Source: Rhodocyclaceae bacterium (GTDB taxonomy: Bacteria; Pseudomonadota; Gammaproteobacteria; Burkholderiales; Rhodocyclaceae). From it: 64,000 nt of DNA. Below are positions 9,096-18,876 of this stretch, one piece after another; the first letter of the stretch is position 1; each line of letters begins with the position of its first letter. Location of the stretch: assembly GCA_035345935.1 (NCBI GenBank), contig DAORDK010000001.1, positions 4,242 through 68,241 on the forward strand, read 5' to 3'. The position numbers and the translations under genes were made by a program. Under the pieces are notes generated by a model. That model was given only the letters and a program-made list of their open reading frames with translations, was not told where the DNA came from and searched no databases.

Positions 9096-10972
9096 TCTTC
9101 CTCTCCCGTCTTGAGATCATCGACCTTGCGCCCAGCCAGGGCGCGCTTGATGCTTTGATCCATGCGACGGTGGGCAAATTCCTGCGTTTCATAGCCCAGG
9201 TCGTCCATGGCCAGATTGATTTGGCGGCGGTTGGTCCCCGCCATGGTATCCCGCAGCTTTTCGAGGCTCGCCCTGATCCTGCCGATCTCTGCGTCGGTCA
9301 ACAGGTGGGGATCTTCGGCCAGGGCTGCTTCGGTGGCCTCGACGAGGCGACGGGCTTCGACCTTGGCCTCGGTAAGGGCGCGATTGAGGGCATCATCCTT
9401 CGCATGGGCCATGGAATCCTGGAGCATGGCGGCAATTTCGTCGTCGGAAAGACCGTAGGACGGTTTCACGGTGACGCTGGCCTCGACGCCATTGGTCTGC
9501 TCTCGCGCCGAAACCGAGAGAAGTCCGTCGGCATCGACCTGGAAGCTGACCCGGATACGGGCTGCGCCCGCCACCATGGGCGGAATTCCCCGCAGCTCGA
9601 ATCGGGCCAGGGAGCGGCAGTCGGCCACCAGTTCGCGCTCGCCCTGCACGACATGGATGGCCATGGCGGTCTGGCCATCCTTGAAGGTGGTGAAGTCCTG
9701 CGCGCGGGCAGTGGGGATGGTGGAATTGCGCGGGATGACCTTTTCCGTCAGCCCCCCCATGGTCTCCAGGCCGAGGGAAAGTGGAATGACGTCGAGCAGA
9801 AGCCAGTCGTCCTGGCCGGTTTTATTGCCCACCAACAGGTTGGCCTGGGTGGCGGCCCCCAGGGCAACCACCTTGTCCGGATCCAGGTTGGTCAGGGGTT
9901 CTTGACGGAAGAAATCACCCACCGCCTTTTGCACCTGCGGCATCCGGGTGGCGCCGCCGACCATCACCACGCCCTTGACGTCCTCCGGACGAAGGCCGGC
10001 GTCGCGCAGGGCCTTTTTCACCGGCTGCACGGTCTTGGAAACAAGAGTCTGGGTAATCCCGGCAAAGGTATCCACCTCGATCCGCAGATCGACCAGCTCG
10101 CCCGATGTCAGCCGCGCAGTAATCGGTGCCTCCGGATGATGGGTCAGGAATTCCTTCGCCTCCCGGCAACGCATCATCAGAAGCCGCGAATCTTCTGCCG
10201 AAAGAGGTTGCAGTTTCGCCTGCTCAATGGCCCAGCAGAACAGGCGGTGGTCGAAGTCGTCGCCGCCCAGGGCGGAGTCGCCGCCGGTGGCCATAACCTC
10301 AAATACGCCCTTGGTGAGCTTGAGGATGGAAATATCGAAGGTTCCGCCACCCAAATCATAGACGGCATAGACGCCCTCCGCGGCGTTGTCCAGCCCATAG
10401 GCAATGGCCGCTGCGGTCGGCTCGTTGAGGAGCCGGAGAACGTTGAGGCCGGCCAGCCGCGCGGCATCCTTGGTGGCCTGGCGCTGGGCATCGTCGAAAT
10501 ACGCCGGTACGGTGATCACCGCGCCGACCAACTCCCCCCCCAGTGCCCCTTCGGCCCGCTCGCGCAGGGTTTTGAGAATCTCTGCGGAGACCTCGACAGG
10601 GCTCTTCACTCCGGCAACGGTTCTAACCTTGACCATACCCGGCGCCTCGAGGAAGTCGTAGGGCATGGATTCAACGTGGGCAATATCTTTAAGCCCCCGC
10701 CCCATGAAACGCTTCACCGAAACGATGGTGTTTTTCGGATCTCTGGCCTGTTGCTTCTGGGCGGCGTAACCTACCTCGGTACTCCCGTCCGCATGGTAGC
10801 GGACGATGGAAGGCAGCAGGGGGCGGCCCTGTTCGTCGTTGAGCACTTTGGCCAGGCCGCTGCGGACCGTGGCGACTAGGGAATTGGTCGTACCGAGGTC
10901 GATACCAACGGCAAGCTTGTGCTCGTGAGGGGCCGCCGACTCTCCCGGCTCGGCGATCTGAAACAAGGCCAT
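9092..10972 (-). CDS. hscA: Fe-S protein assembly chaperone HscA (Hsp70 family)
   Basis: 626 aa with the Hsp70 ATPase signatures GIDLGTTNS and DLGGGTFD, in operon position after hscB. Confidence 0.97.
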   Translation of the reverse strand: MALFQIAEPGESAAPHEHKLAVGIDLGTTNSLVATVRSGLAKVLNDEQGRPLLPSIVRYHADGSTEVGYAAQKQQARDPKNTIVSVKRFMGRGLKDIAHVESMPYDFLEAPGMVKVRTVAGVKSPVEVSAEILKTLRERAEGALGGELVGAVITVPAYFDDAQRQATKDAARLAGLNVLRLLNEPTAAAIAYGLDNAAEGVYAVYDLGGGTFDISILKLTKGVFEVMATGGDSALGGDDFDHRLFCWAIEQAKLQPLSAEDSRLLMMRCREAKEFLTHHPEAPITARLTSGELVDLRIEVDTFAGITQTLVSKTVQPVKKALRDAGLRPEDVKGVVMVGGATRMPQVQKAVGDFFRQEPLTNLDPDKVVALGAATQANLLVGNKTGQDDWLLLDVIPLSLGLETMGGLTEKVIPRNSTIPTARAQDFTTFKDGQTAMAIHVVQGERELVADCRSLARFELRGIPPMVAGAARIRVSFQVDADGLLSVSAREQTNGVEASVTVKPSYGLSDDEIAAMLQDSMAHAKDDALNRALTEAKVEARRLVEATEAALAEDPHLLTDAEIGRIRASLEKLRDTMAGTNRRQINLAMDDLGYETQEFAHRRMDQSIKRALAGRKVDDLKTGEEE

Positions 10973-10974
10973 GT

Positions 10975-11502
10975 CTATTCTTCCAGCGACGCTAAGGCGT
11001 CGTCGATTTCGTGCAAAAGTTTTTCCAGGAACATGAGGCGCCGCACCGCTTCGCCTGCGGCATTCAGGTCTCCCGCCTCGTCGAGGAGTTGCCCGAGTTC
11101 CTCATAGCGGACAGCAATGTCCGCCCGGAGGCGGTGGTAGAGGTGCTCCAATTCACCGTGGGCACCAGCCGCGCGAGCTTCGGCAACGCCTTCGCGCCAC
11201 TCCATCTGTTCCAGCAGAAATTCGGCTGCCATGGCGGTATTGCTTTCTGCCCGGACGTCGAGGCCTGCCAGCTGCAGCAGATATTTTGCCCGCTCCAGCG
11301 GTTTCTTCAAGGTCTGGTAAGCCTCGTTCGCCCGCGTTGCCCACTGCATGGACAAGCGCCGCTCGGCATCGCCCGCCTGGGCAAAACGGTCCGGATGAAC
11401 CTGTCCCTGGATTTCGCGATAGCGGTGATCGAGCTCTGCCCCATCCAGCCGAAAGGCCCTTGGAAGTTGGAACAAAGAGAAAAAGTCGGCGGTGATATCC
11501 AC
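10975..11502 (-). CDS. hscB: Fe-S assembly co-chaperone HscB (J-type)
   Basis: J-domain with the HPD motif ([11 protein letters not shown]) and FSLFQLP near the N-terminus. The start is uncertain: GTG at 11502 is preferred, and the track start at 11514 is TTG. Confidence 0.9.
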   Translation of the reverse strand: MDITADFFSLFQLPRAFRLDGAELDHRYREIQGQVHPDRFAQAGDAERRLSMQWATRANEAYQTLKKPLERAKYLLQLAGLDVRAESNTAMAAEFLLEQMEWREGVAEARAAGAHGELEHLYHRLRADIAVRYEELGQLLDEAGDLNAAGEAVRRLMFLEKLLHEIDDALASLEE

Positions 11503-11624
11503 CAATAACCTCAAGACGCGGGCTCACATCTGGCTGCCCGGAAGGCCATTCGTCACCGTGAAGCGCCGGCTCCCCGCACGTTACGCGGGACTAGCGATGG
11601 TGTGACGAAGCGGCGTCGAGACGC

Positions 11625-11948
11625 CTAGACATTGAAGGATTCACCGCAACCGCACTGATCCTTGACATTCGGGTTATTGAACTTGAATCCTTCGTTGAGG
11701 CCTTCGCGAGCGTAGTCCAGTTCCATCCCGTCCAGGTACGGCAGGCTCTTCGGATCCACGAAGACCTTGACCCCATTGCTCTCGAAAACAAGGTCGTCCG
11801 CGGCGCACTGGTCCACAAACTCCAACTTATACGCCATACCCGAACAGCCACTGGTCCGTACCCCGAGGCGCAGACCGATACCCTTGCCTCGTTTGCTCAG
11901 GTAATTCACGACGTGCTTCGCCGCTTTGTCGCTCAAGGTGATGGCCAT
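11625..11948 (-). CDS. iscA: iron-sulfur cluster assembly protein IscA (A-type carrier)
   Basis: 107 aa from the ATG at 11948 ([13 protein letters not shown]...). It has the C-terminal CGCGESF motif plus an upstream Cys (GCSG). Confidence 0.93.
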   Translation of the reverse strand: MAITLSDKAAKHVVNYLSKRGKGIGLRLGVRTSGCSGMAYKLEFVDQCAADDLVFESNGVKVFVDPKSLPYLDGMELDYAREGLNEGFKFNNPNVKDQCGCGESFNV

Positions 11949-11949
11949 A

Positions 11950-12333
11950 CTACTCTCCATGCTTTTTCTTGTAGTCGGCCACAGCAGCCTTGATAGCATC
12001 TTCTGCCAGGATGGAACAGTGTATCTTCACCGGCGGCAATGCCAGTTCTTCCGCAATCTCGGTATTCTTGATCGAGAGTGCCTGATCGACGGTCTTGCCC
12101 TTGACCCATTCGGTCACCAGGGACGACGAGGCAATGGCGGAACCGCAGCCATAGGTCTTGAACTTGGCGTCCTCGATGACTCCTTCCTTGTTGACCTTGA
12201 TCTGCAGCTTCATGACGTCGCCGCAGGCGGGAGCCCCGACCATGCCGGTGCCGACGCCCTCATCCTCTTTGCCGAAGGAACCCACATTGCGGGGGTTTTC
12301 GTAGTGGTCGATGACTTTGACGCTATAGCTCAT
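11950..12333 (-). CDS. iscU: Fe-S cluster assembly scaffold IscU
   Basis: 127 aa with the conserved blocks [20 protein letters not shown] and LPPVKIHCS. Confidence 0.97.
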   Translation of the reverse strand: MSYSVKVIDHYENPRNVGSFGKEDEGVGTGMVGAPACGDVMKLQIKVNKEGVIEDAKFKTYGCGSAIASSSLVTEWVKGKTVDQALSIKNTEIAEELALPPVKIHCSILAEDAIKAAVADYKKKHGE

Positions 12334-12349
12334 GGTGAACTCCTGCTGG

Positions 12350-13564
12350 TTAATGCGCCGCCCACTGGACGGAACTCAGATCGATGCCTTCTTGGACCAT
12401 CTCCCAAAGGGGAGACAGTTCACGTAACTTCCCAATTTTCTTGTGTAATAAATTGATTGTAAAATCAATTTCACCTTCCGTCGTGAACCGACCGAGGGTG
12501 AATCGAATCGAGCTGTGGGCCAATTCGTCTTCGCGGCCCAGGGCCCGCAGAACATAAGACGGTTCCAGGCTTGCCGAGGTACAAGCCGATCCGGACGAAA
12601 CCGCAAGATCCTTGATCGCCATGATCATCGACTCGCCCTCGACGTACGCGAAGCTCATATTGAGATTGTGCGGAACACGGCGCTCTAGATCGCCATTCAC
12701 GAACACCGCGTCAATATCGGAAAGTCCCTTCAGAAGCCGGTCCCGAAGCGCACCGATGCGCTTGTTCTCCTGCGCCATCTCTTCCCTGGCCAGACGGAAT
12801 GCCTCGCCCATACCGACGATCTGGTGGGTGGGCAAAGTGCCGGAGCGAAAACCGCGTTCATGACCTCCGCCATGAATCTGAGGCTCCAGACGGATGCGGG
12901 GCTTGCGCCGGACGTACAGGGCGCCGATCCCTTTGGGCCCGTAGGTCTTGTGGGCAGAAAAGCTCATCAAATCAACCTTGAGCTTGGCGAGGTCGATGTT
13001 GACCTTGCCCGTCGCCTGAGCGGCATCCACATGGAAAACGACGCCTTTTTCGCGGCAAATTTCGCCCAGTGCCTCGATCGGCTGGATGACGCCGATTTCG
13101 TTATTGACCAGCATTACCGAGGCCAGCACGGTATCCGGCCTCAAAGCGGCTTTGAAGGCATCCAGATCGACCAGGCCGTTCTCCAGAACATCGAGGTAGG
13201 TCGCCTCAAAACCCTGACGCTCCATCTCGCGCACAGTATCGAGGACAGCTTTGTGCTCGGTCTTGACCGTAATGATGTGCTTGCCCTTGGTGGACGCATA
13301 GAAGCTGGCGGCACCCTTGATGGCCAGATTATTGGATTCCGTCGCACCCGAGGTCCACACGATCTCCTTGGGATCAGCATTGACCAGAGCGGCCACCTGG
13401 GCACGTGCCTCTTCGACGGCCGCTTCCGCCTCCCAGCCAAAGCTGTGGGAGCGGGACGCCGGATTGCCGAATTTTTCGACCAGATAGGGAATCATCTTAT
13501 CCGCAACCCGCGGATCGACCGGGGTAGTGGCCGAATAATCCAGATAAATAGGCAGTTTCATCAT
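12350..13564 (-). CDS. iscS: cysteine desulfurase IscS
   Basis: 404 aa with the PLP-lysine block [10 protein letters not shown], the active-site loop SSGSACTS, and a C-terminus ...[22 protein letters not shown] typical of IscS. Confidence 0.97.
   Translation of the reverse strand: MMKLPIYLDYSATTPVDPRVADKMIPYLVEKFGNPASRSHSFGWEAEAAVEEARAQVAALVNADPKEIVWTSGATESNNLAIKGAASFYASTKGKHIITVKTEHKAVLDTVREMERQGFEATYLDVLENGLVDLDAFKAALRPDTVLASVMLVNNEIGVIQPIEALGEICREKGVVFHVDAAQATGKVNIDLAKLKVDLMSFSAHKTYGPKGIGALYVRRKPRIRLEPQIHGGGHERGFRSGTLPTHQIVGMGEAFRLAREEMAQENKRIGALRDRLLKGLSDIDAVFVNGDLERRVPHNLNMSFAYVEGESMIMAIKDLAVSSGSACTSASLEPSYVLRALGREDELAHSSIRFTLGRFTTEGEIDFTINLLHKKIGKLRELSPLWEMVQEGIDLSSVQWAAH
12450..12471. 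repeat. perfect 9-bp inverted repeat with a 4-nt loop (aaattgatt-gtaa-aatcaattt) inside an AT-rich patch of the iscS 3' region
   Basis: Read directly from the sequence. It sits inside about 60 nt of A/T-ending codons, including three TTA Leu codons, in an otherwise G/C-ending gene. Its function is unknown. Confidence 0.9.
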
Positions 13565-13598
13565 GACTCTCGTAACGTCGGAAAATGCGAAGGCGATT

Positions 13599-14756
13599 TC
13601 ATGCCGCCACCGCTGTCAATCCCCGCAGGCTTCCGACCGTAGCCCCCAGAGCAGATAGCAATCCATCGATTTCTTCGGCCGCATTGTTCCGCCCGAAGCT
13701 GACTCGCACGGCGCCGCGGGCAAGATCGGCCGAGACACCCATGGCCGCGAGTACATGGGAGGGTTCCGGATCTGCGCTGGAACACGCAGAACCACTCGCC
13801 ACGGCGTACCCGGCCCGATCCAGCTTGCCGACCAAGGTTTCCCCATCGATTCCGGAAAAGGCGAAGAAACTCGTGTTGGGGAGTCGCTCACTGGCAGTGC
13901 CAAAGACAGTCGCTCCCAGATGCGCCAACCCCCGTTCGAGCCTTTCGCGCAATTCGGAAAGGCGGACGGCTTCGCTTGCAATACGAGCAACCGCGCGTTC
14001 ACACGCCAGCCCAAGACCCACAATCGCGGCGACGTTTTCGGTTCCCGAACGCAAGTCGCGCTCTTGGCCACCCCCGGCAACCAGGGGTTGCAATTCTACA
14101 CGCTTGTCGAGTACCAGGGCGGCGGCGCCCTTGGGGCCACCGATCTTGTGTCCCGATACCGTCATCCCATGCACTCCCGCCCGATTCAGGGTACGAAAGT
14201 CTAGGGGTAGCTTGCCCAATGCCTGGACGCCGTCGGTATGGAACCAAGCCGATGTCGACTGGGCTTCCGCCGCAAGAGCAGCGATGTCCTGGACGACTCC
14301 GGTTTCATTGTTGGCCACCATGACCGAAATTAACGTCGGGCGAGCCAGCAGGCATTCCTTCCAGGCCGTCGAGCGGAATTGTCCGTCGGGCTCCACAGCA
14401 ATTTCCTGCAATCGCCAGCCCTGGCCGGACAACTGGGCGGCAGCACGGCGCACAGAGGGATGTTCGCACGCGCCAATCGCGATGACGCCAGGCCGGCGGG
14501 ACGCTGCGGCACCCTTCAGGAAGAGATTGTTCGCTTCGCTCCCACCACTGGTAAAGACGATTTCCGTGGGATGGGCGCCCACTGCCACCGCCACCCGCTG
14601 ACGGGCATCGTCCACGGCGCGCCGTGCTTCCCGCCCGTACTCGTGGCGGCTTGACGGATTGCCCCATCGCTCGCCCAACCAGGGAAGCATCGCCTCCAAG
14701 ACCGCCGGATCGACCGGAGTGGTGGCGTTATGGTCGAGATAAATGGGACGAAACAT
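13599..14756 (-). CDS. second class-V aminotransferase / cysteine desulfurase (NifS/IscS-like)
   Basis: 385 aa from the ATG at 14756 ([14 protein letters not shown]); the track start at 14765 is TTG. It has the PLP-lysine block [10 protein letters not shown] and a catalytic-Cys loop SGSACSS, and lies between iscR and iscS. Confidence 0.85.
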   Translation of the reverse strand: MFRPIYLDHNATTPVDPAVLEAMLPWLGERWGNPSSRHEYGREARRAVDDARQRVAVAVGAHPTEIVFTSGGSEANNLFLKGAAASRRPGVIAIGACEHPSVRRAAAQLSGQGWRLQEIAVEPDGQFRSTAWKECLLARPTLISVMVANNETGVVQDIAALAAEAQSTSAWFHTDGVQALGKLPLDFRTLNRAGVHGMTVSGHKIGGPKGAAALVLDKRVELQPLVAGGGQERDLRSGTENVAAIVGLGLACERAVARIASEAVRLSELRERLERGLAHLGATVFGTASERLPNTSFFAFSGIDGETLVGKLDRAGYAVASGSACSSADPEPSHVLAAMGVSADLARGAVRVSFGRNNAAEEIDGLLSALGATVGSLRGLTAVAA

Positions 14757-14761
14757 GGCGC

Positions 14762-15268
14762 TCAAGCAATAACCGATACTCTTTCCCTGGGACCGCGTCC
14801 CCGGGAAGTCGTGCCCTCGCCACGCTGATCGGAAAGGATTGCGTGCTCCCCAACCTGCGCCTTGTCCTTCTGGCGCTTGACCAGATCCGCGAGGGAGACC
14901 GAAGCCAGGTAGTCATACATCTTCGCATTCAGCGTCGCCCAAAGTTCATGGGTCATGCAGCGGTGCTCATCCTGACAATTCTCGCGGCCACCGCACTGGG
15001 TCGCGTCAAGGGGCTCATCCACCGCGCGAATGATATCGGCCACCGAGACCTCGGTCAGCGGTCGTGCGATGCAGTAGCCTCCTCCCGGTCCGCGCACGCT
15101 TTCGACGAGGCGATGCCGCCTAAGCTTGCCGAACAACTGCTCGAGGTAGGACAGGGAAATTCGCTGACGCTCACTGACGCCCGCCAGCGCCACGGGACCT
15201 TCCTCGCCGCGCAGGGCGAGGTCCATCATGGCCGTAACGGCAAAACGCCCTTTGGTGGTCAGTCGCAT
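14762..15268 (-). CDS. iscR: Fe-S cluster assembly transcriptional regulator IscR (Rrf2 family)
   Basis: 168 aa beginning MRLTTKGRFAVTAMMDLAL (Rrf2 wHTH), with three clustered Cys (CGGRENCQDEHRC) for a [2Fe-2S] ligand set. It is the first gene of the isc operon. Confidence 0.93.
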   Translation of the reverse strand: MRLTTKGRFAVTAMMDLALRGEEGPVALAGVSERQRISLSYLEQLFGKLRRHRLVESVRGPGGGYCIARPLTEVSVADIIRAVDEPLDATQCGGRENCQDEHRCMTHELWATLNAKMYDYLASVSLADLVKRQKDKAQVGEHAILSDQRGEGTTSRGRGPRERVSVIA

Positions 15269-15284
15269 CAGTATTCTCCAGGAA

Positions 15285-15309
15285 ATAACCTACTAACGTT
15301 GTCAACAAT
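15285..15309 (-). promoter_or_regulatory. candidate IscR type-1 binding site (proximal)
   Basis: The 25-mer ataacctactaacgttgtcaacaat matches the E. coli type-1 consensus ATASYYGACTRWWWYAGTCRRSTAT, as I recall it, at about 18/25 positions. It lies 17-41 nt upstream of the iscR ATG. Confidence 0.4.
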
Positions 15310-15326
15310 AGCGGTGGGCGGCCCTA

Positions 15327-15351
15327 TTAGTCAACAATTTTACTCAGGTAT
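15327..15351 (-). promoter_or_regulatory. candidate IscR type-1 binding site (distal), overlapping the cysE stop codon
   Basis: The 25-mer ttagtcaacaattttactcaggtat matches the recalled type-1 consensus at about 21/25 positions. It covers the stop and the last 7 codons of cysE. Confidence 0.45.
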
Positions 15352-16085
15352 TTTGGATCGAAGCGATCTGCCGCCTGGACTTGCTCGTCGCATTTCACTC
15401 CCGCCGCTTCCAGCTCCTTGAGCAGCATCTCGAGGCGACGATCAGTCTCAGCAGCATGATCCAAGAGCCCATGGATGGCTTGTGCCAGCGGGTCGTCTTG
15501 ATCGCGGCCGACGGCGTATGCGGAGAATCCCATCTTCTCCGCTTGGGCGGCCCTTTGCTGGGCCACCTCCGAGTGATCTACCAGCCGCGCCGGATTCCCC
15601 ACCGCCGTCGCTCCCGCCGGCACATCCTTGGTCACGACCGCGTTGGAGCCGACTTTCGCTCCAGCCCCCACGACGATCGGCCCCAGCACCTTAGCCCCTG
15701 CTCCGACCACGACCCCGTTTTCCAACGTCGGGTGCCGCCGGCCCTTGTTCCAGGACGTCCCGCCCAGAGTCACGCCATGGTAGAGGGTGACGTCGTCTCC
15801 AATGGATGCCGTCTCGCCGATCACCACGCCCATGCCGTGATCGATGAAGAATCGCCGACCTATGGTCGCCCCCGGATGAATTTCGATTCCCGTGAAGAAC
15901 CTGGAAAAATGGGCGACAAAGCGTGCCAACCAACGCAAGCGCCGCCGCCAGAGCCCATGCGCCATGCGGTGAAAGATCAGGGCATGGATGCCCGGGTAAC
16001 AGGTCAGCACTTCCCAAAACGAGCGCGCTGCGGGGTCGCGGTCGAAAACCGAGCGGATATCTTCGCGCAATGAACCCAGGAACAT
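15327..16085 (-). CDS. cysE: serine O-acetyltransferase
   Basis: 252 aa with hexapeptide-repeat left-handed beta-helix blocks ([39 protein letters not shown]). It lies immediately upstream of iscR. Confidence 0.93.
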   Translation of the reverse strand: MFLGSLREDIRSVFDRDPAARSFWEVLTCYPGIHALIFHRMAHGLWRRRLRWLARFVAHFSRFFTGIEIHPGATIGRRFFIDHGMGVVIGETASIGDDVTLYHGVTLGGTSWNKGRRHPTLENGVVVGAGAKVLGPIVVGAGAKVGSNAVVTKDVPAGATAVGNPARLVDHSEVAQQRAAQAEKMGFSAYAVGRDQDDPLAQAIHGLLDHAAETDRRLEMLLKELEAAGVKCDEQVQAADRFDPKYLSKIVD

Positions 16086-16119
16086 GACCCCACGATCTCC
16101 CTTCTGATAACGAGGAAAA

Positions 16120-16148
16120 ATTGTAGAATACTCGACTGAATTTGTCAG
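16120..16148 (-). promoter_or_regulatory. sigma70-like promoter for cysE (-35 CTGACA, 17-nt spacer, -10 TACAAT)
   Basis: The minus strand reads ctgaca-aattcagtcgagtattc-tacaat, followed about 25 nt later by the aagggag SD and the cysE ATG at 16085. This is read from sequence only. Confidence 0.45.
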
Positions 16149-16283
16149 TTATTTCCCGGCGAGCCGCTCGCCTCATCCTTGAGATCCAGGGAGCCCGGGC
16201 TGCGGGTGACAGCCCGGTCTGGATGGATCAGAATCCGTCCTTGGCGCGGAGGCGCCTCCACCCAGTCCCACACAGGAAAAGCC

Positions 16284-17159
16284 ATGTCCACTCCGTCCGC
16301 CGATGACGACAAGGTCGGTGACGCCCTCAACGCCCAGCGCTTCCAGATGCTGGAAGACATCGCCAAGGAGTTGGCGGGCGAAATTGTGTTTCCCACTTAC
16401 TTCGACGCCGCCTTGCGCCTACGCAAGGCGCTGCAGGATACGGACCAACCTCTAGCCAGGATCGTCGCGGCGATTTCGCTGGAACCGCTGATTGCGGCGA
16501 AGCTGATGAAGCTGGCCAATTCCGCACTCTACGGCGGGAGCTCGGCGGCGGTACGCGATCTCGGTTCGGCAATCCAGCGCCTGGGCTTGGAAACGGTGCG
16601 CACCACTGCCCTGGCCATCGCCATGGGTCAGATGTTGCGGTCCAAGGAAATGGCCCCGTTCTCAGATTTGACTCGCCAACTCTGGGACCATACGCTGAAA
16701 ACGGCCGTCGCCGCGCGCCTCCTGGCCAAATCGCACACCCGGCTCAATCCGGACGAGGCATTGTTGGCGGGATTGGTCCATGACCTCGGAGCCTTCTACA
16801 TGCTTTACCGGGCGGCCCAGTATGCCGAATTGCGGGCGCGGCCGGAAACGGTCAAATACCTGATCGTCCAGTGGCATGAGGGGATCGGGGTCAGCTTGCT
16901 CAACGCCCTGGGATTGCCCGAAGAGATCGTCGCAGCAACGATAGATCACGACCAGCCGCGGCCGGCGCTCTCCACGGTCCGATCTCTGACCGACGTAGTC
17001 TATGTGGCCAATATCCTGGCGGGAGCGCACTTCGAATGGCTATTCCAGGATGTAGACCCTGACGCAGGGGAACCCGGGGTCATCCGTCGCACATTCGCTT
17101 CGCTCCTGGCATCCATCGATTCCGAGACCGAGGCCATGCGAGCAGCACTGACTGGTTGA
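16284..17159 (+). CDS. HDOD domain signalling protein
   Basis: 291 aa from the ATG at 16284. It has the HDOD pattern FPTYFDAALRL...LAAKLMKLANSALYGG...AIQRLGLETVR...LVHDLGAFYM. Confidence 0.8.
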   Translation: MSTPSADDDKVGDALNAQRFQMLEDIAKELAGEIVFPTYFDAALRLRKALQDTDQPLARIVAAISLEPLIAAKLMKLANSALYGGSSAAVRDLGSAIQRLGLETVRTTALAIAMGQMLRSKEMAPFSDLTRQLWDHTLKTAVAARLLAKSHTRLNPDEALLAGLVHDLGAFYMLYRAAQYAELRARPETVKYLIVQWHEGIGVSLLNALGLPEEIVAATIDHDQPRPALSTVRSLTDVVYVANILAGAHFEWLFQDVDPDAGEPGVIRRTFASLLASIDSETEAMRAALTG

Positions 17160-17190
17160 GAACTGAAGCTCGGCGCCCTGCCGGGCTCGA

Positions 17191-17943
17191 TCAACGCCCG
17201 TGCCCAGTCTTTTGCTGGGTTGCCGCCAGGATGCCGCGGAGGATGTTGATTTCGTCTCGTTCCAGCGCCGCACGGCCGAAGAGCCGTCTCAGTTTAGGCA
17301 GCAAGCGCCCGGGTTGGGCGGGGTTGTAGAATCCGCTCGCTGTCATCACGGCTTCCAGATGGCTGTAGAAACCTTCGACCTCCTCAAGGGTCGCCGGAGC
17401 GGAGACCGACGGCGTCGCCCCCAGCGCTTCCGGCGGACGTCCTTCCCAGGCGGCCATGCGCAATTCGTAAGCCATGACTTGGACCGCCGCCCCCAGATTG
17501 AGGGAAGAAAACGCTGGATCAGCGGGAATGGTCACCGCCACCTGGCAACAAAGCAGTTCATCGTTCGTGAGCCCATTGGTTTCATTGCCGAAAACCAGCG
17601 CAACTTCTCCTTCAGCGGCCGCTGCCATGAGCCCCGCCACAGCTGGCCGCACACCTAGAGGCGTCGGCCCGAGATCCCGTCCGCGGGCGGTAAGCGCCAC
17701 AGCCTTCAGGGTACCCGCCAGCGCCTCAGGGAGACTGGAACAGACCGACGCTTGACTGAGGATATCCACCGCGCCCGCTGCGCGGGCATCCGCTTCAGGA
17801 TGCGGAAACGTCCGTGGCGCGACCAGCCGCAAGCGGGAGAGTCCCATGGTCTTCATCGCTCGAGCTGCCGCGCCGATATTGCCCGGATGGCTGGGACGGC
17901 AGAGTACAACCACGATTCGGGCCAGCAGATCGTCTGCTTTCAT
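17191..17943 (-). CDS. trmJ: tRNA (cytidine/uridine-2'-O-)-methyltransferase TrmJ (SpoU/TrmH class)
   Basis: 250 aa with RIVVVLCRPSHPGNIGAAARAMKTMGL and later FGNETNGL and SLNLGAAV SPOUT motifs. The suhB / trmJ / isc neighbourhood matches that seen in enterobacteria. Confidence 0.85.
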   Translation of the reverse strand: MKADDLLARIVVVLCRPSHPGNIGAAARAMKTMGLSRLRLVAPRTFPHPEADARAAGAVDILSQASVCSSLPEALAGTLKAVALTARGRDLGPTPLGVRPAVAGLMAAAAEGEVALVFGNETNGLTNDELLCCQVAVTIPADPAFSSLNLGAAVQVMAYELRMAAWEGRPPEALGATPSVSAPATLEEVEGFYSHLEAVMTASGFYNPAQPGRLLPKLRRLFGRAALERDEINILRGILAATQQKTGHGR

Positions 17944-18024
17944 AGTACAATTAGCGGGTTAAAACAATACGGCATCGGCTCAAGCGGATAGTTGCTGCGG
18001 CGCGGTCGCCAGTTCTTTGCCAAT

Positions 18025-18837
18025 ATGCATCCCGCCCTCAACATCGCCGTCAAGGCGGCGCGCCGCGCCGGCCAGCTCATCAATCGTGCCTCCAACGATC
18101 TCGATCTCCTGAAGGTTGCGACAAAGCAGCCCAACGACTTTGTCACCGAGGTAGACCGGGCCGCCGAAGCGGCCATCGTAGAAGTACTCCGGGAAGCTTA
18201 TCCCGGATACGGGATTCTAGCAGAGGAGTCCGGCACCATCGCCGGCAAGGGCGCCAAGGATGCCGAGTTCCAGTGGATCATCGACCCCCTCGACGGCACC
18301 ACCAATTTCATCCATGGGCTACCCCAGTATGCGGTGTCGATTGCGTTGGCGAGAGCCGGTACGGTCGAGCACGCGGTGGTCTTCGATCCGAATCGCAATG
18401 AGCTGTTTACCGCCAGCAAAGGCGCGGGTGCCTTCCTGAACGATCGGCGCATTCGGGTCTCGAAACGGACCAAGCTTCAGGAGGCGCTCATCGGCACCGG
18501 GTTTCCCTATCGCATGTTTGACAACGTCGAGACCTATTTGGCGATCTTCAAGGAGCTTACCCAGAAAACCGCCGGGCTGAGGCGACCGGGGGCCGCCTCT
18601 CTCGATCTCTGCTATGTCGCCTGCGGCCGCTACGATGGATTCTGGGAATTCGGGCTTTCGCCCTGGGACATGGCCGCGGGCGCCTTGGTAATCGCCGAGG
18701 CCGGCGGACTTGTGAGCGATCTCAACGGTGATCCGGAATACCTTCGCACCGGCAATATCGTTGCCGGTACTCCCAAGGTGTTTGCGCCACTGTTGCAGCT
18801 GATCTCAAATCACAAGACCCCCCGCTTACAGGCCTGA
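18025..18837 (+). CDS. suhB: inositol monophosphatase family protein SuhB
   Basis: 270 aa from the ATG at 18025 ([16 protein letters not shown]). It carries the motifs [17 protein letters not shown] and [20 protein letters not shown]. Confidence 0.9.
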   Translation: MHPALNIAVKAARRAGQLINRASNDLDLLKVATKQPNDFVTEVDRAAEAAIVEVLREAYPGYGILAEESGTIAGKGAKDAEFQWIIDPLDGTTNFIHGLPQYAVSIALARAGTVEHAVVFDPNRNELFTASKGAGAFLNDRRIRVSKRTKLQEALIGTGFPYRMFDNVETYLAIFKELTQKTAGLRRPGAASLDLCYVACGRYDGFWEFGLSPWDMAAGALVIAEAGGLVSDLNGDPEYLRTGNIVAGTPKVFAPLLQLISNHKTPRLQA

Positions 18838-18876
18838 ACGAAGGTCAGAGACGACTCGACTACGACCCTTTCCCCG

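Noticed and set aside
9155-10879. Very long antisense or alternative-frame ORFs. Examples are 9155..10879 (+) opposite hscA, 25532..26893 (-) and 26918..27937 (-) inside the big kinase, 51271..52473 (-) opposite mfd, 39844..40956 (-) opposite amrS, 13585..14601 (+) opposite the desulfurase, and 22148..22990 (-) inside putA in another frame.
   Set aside because: Each fully overlaps a gene with unmistakable conserved motifs. Their translations are low-complexity and Arg/Ala/Gly/Pro-rich, as expected from stop-codon depletion in high-GC DNA, and no recognisable domains are seen.
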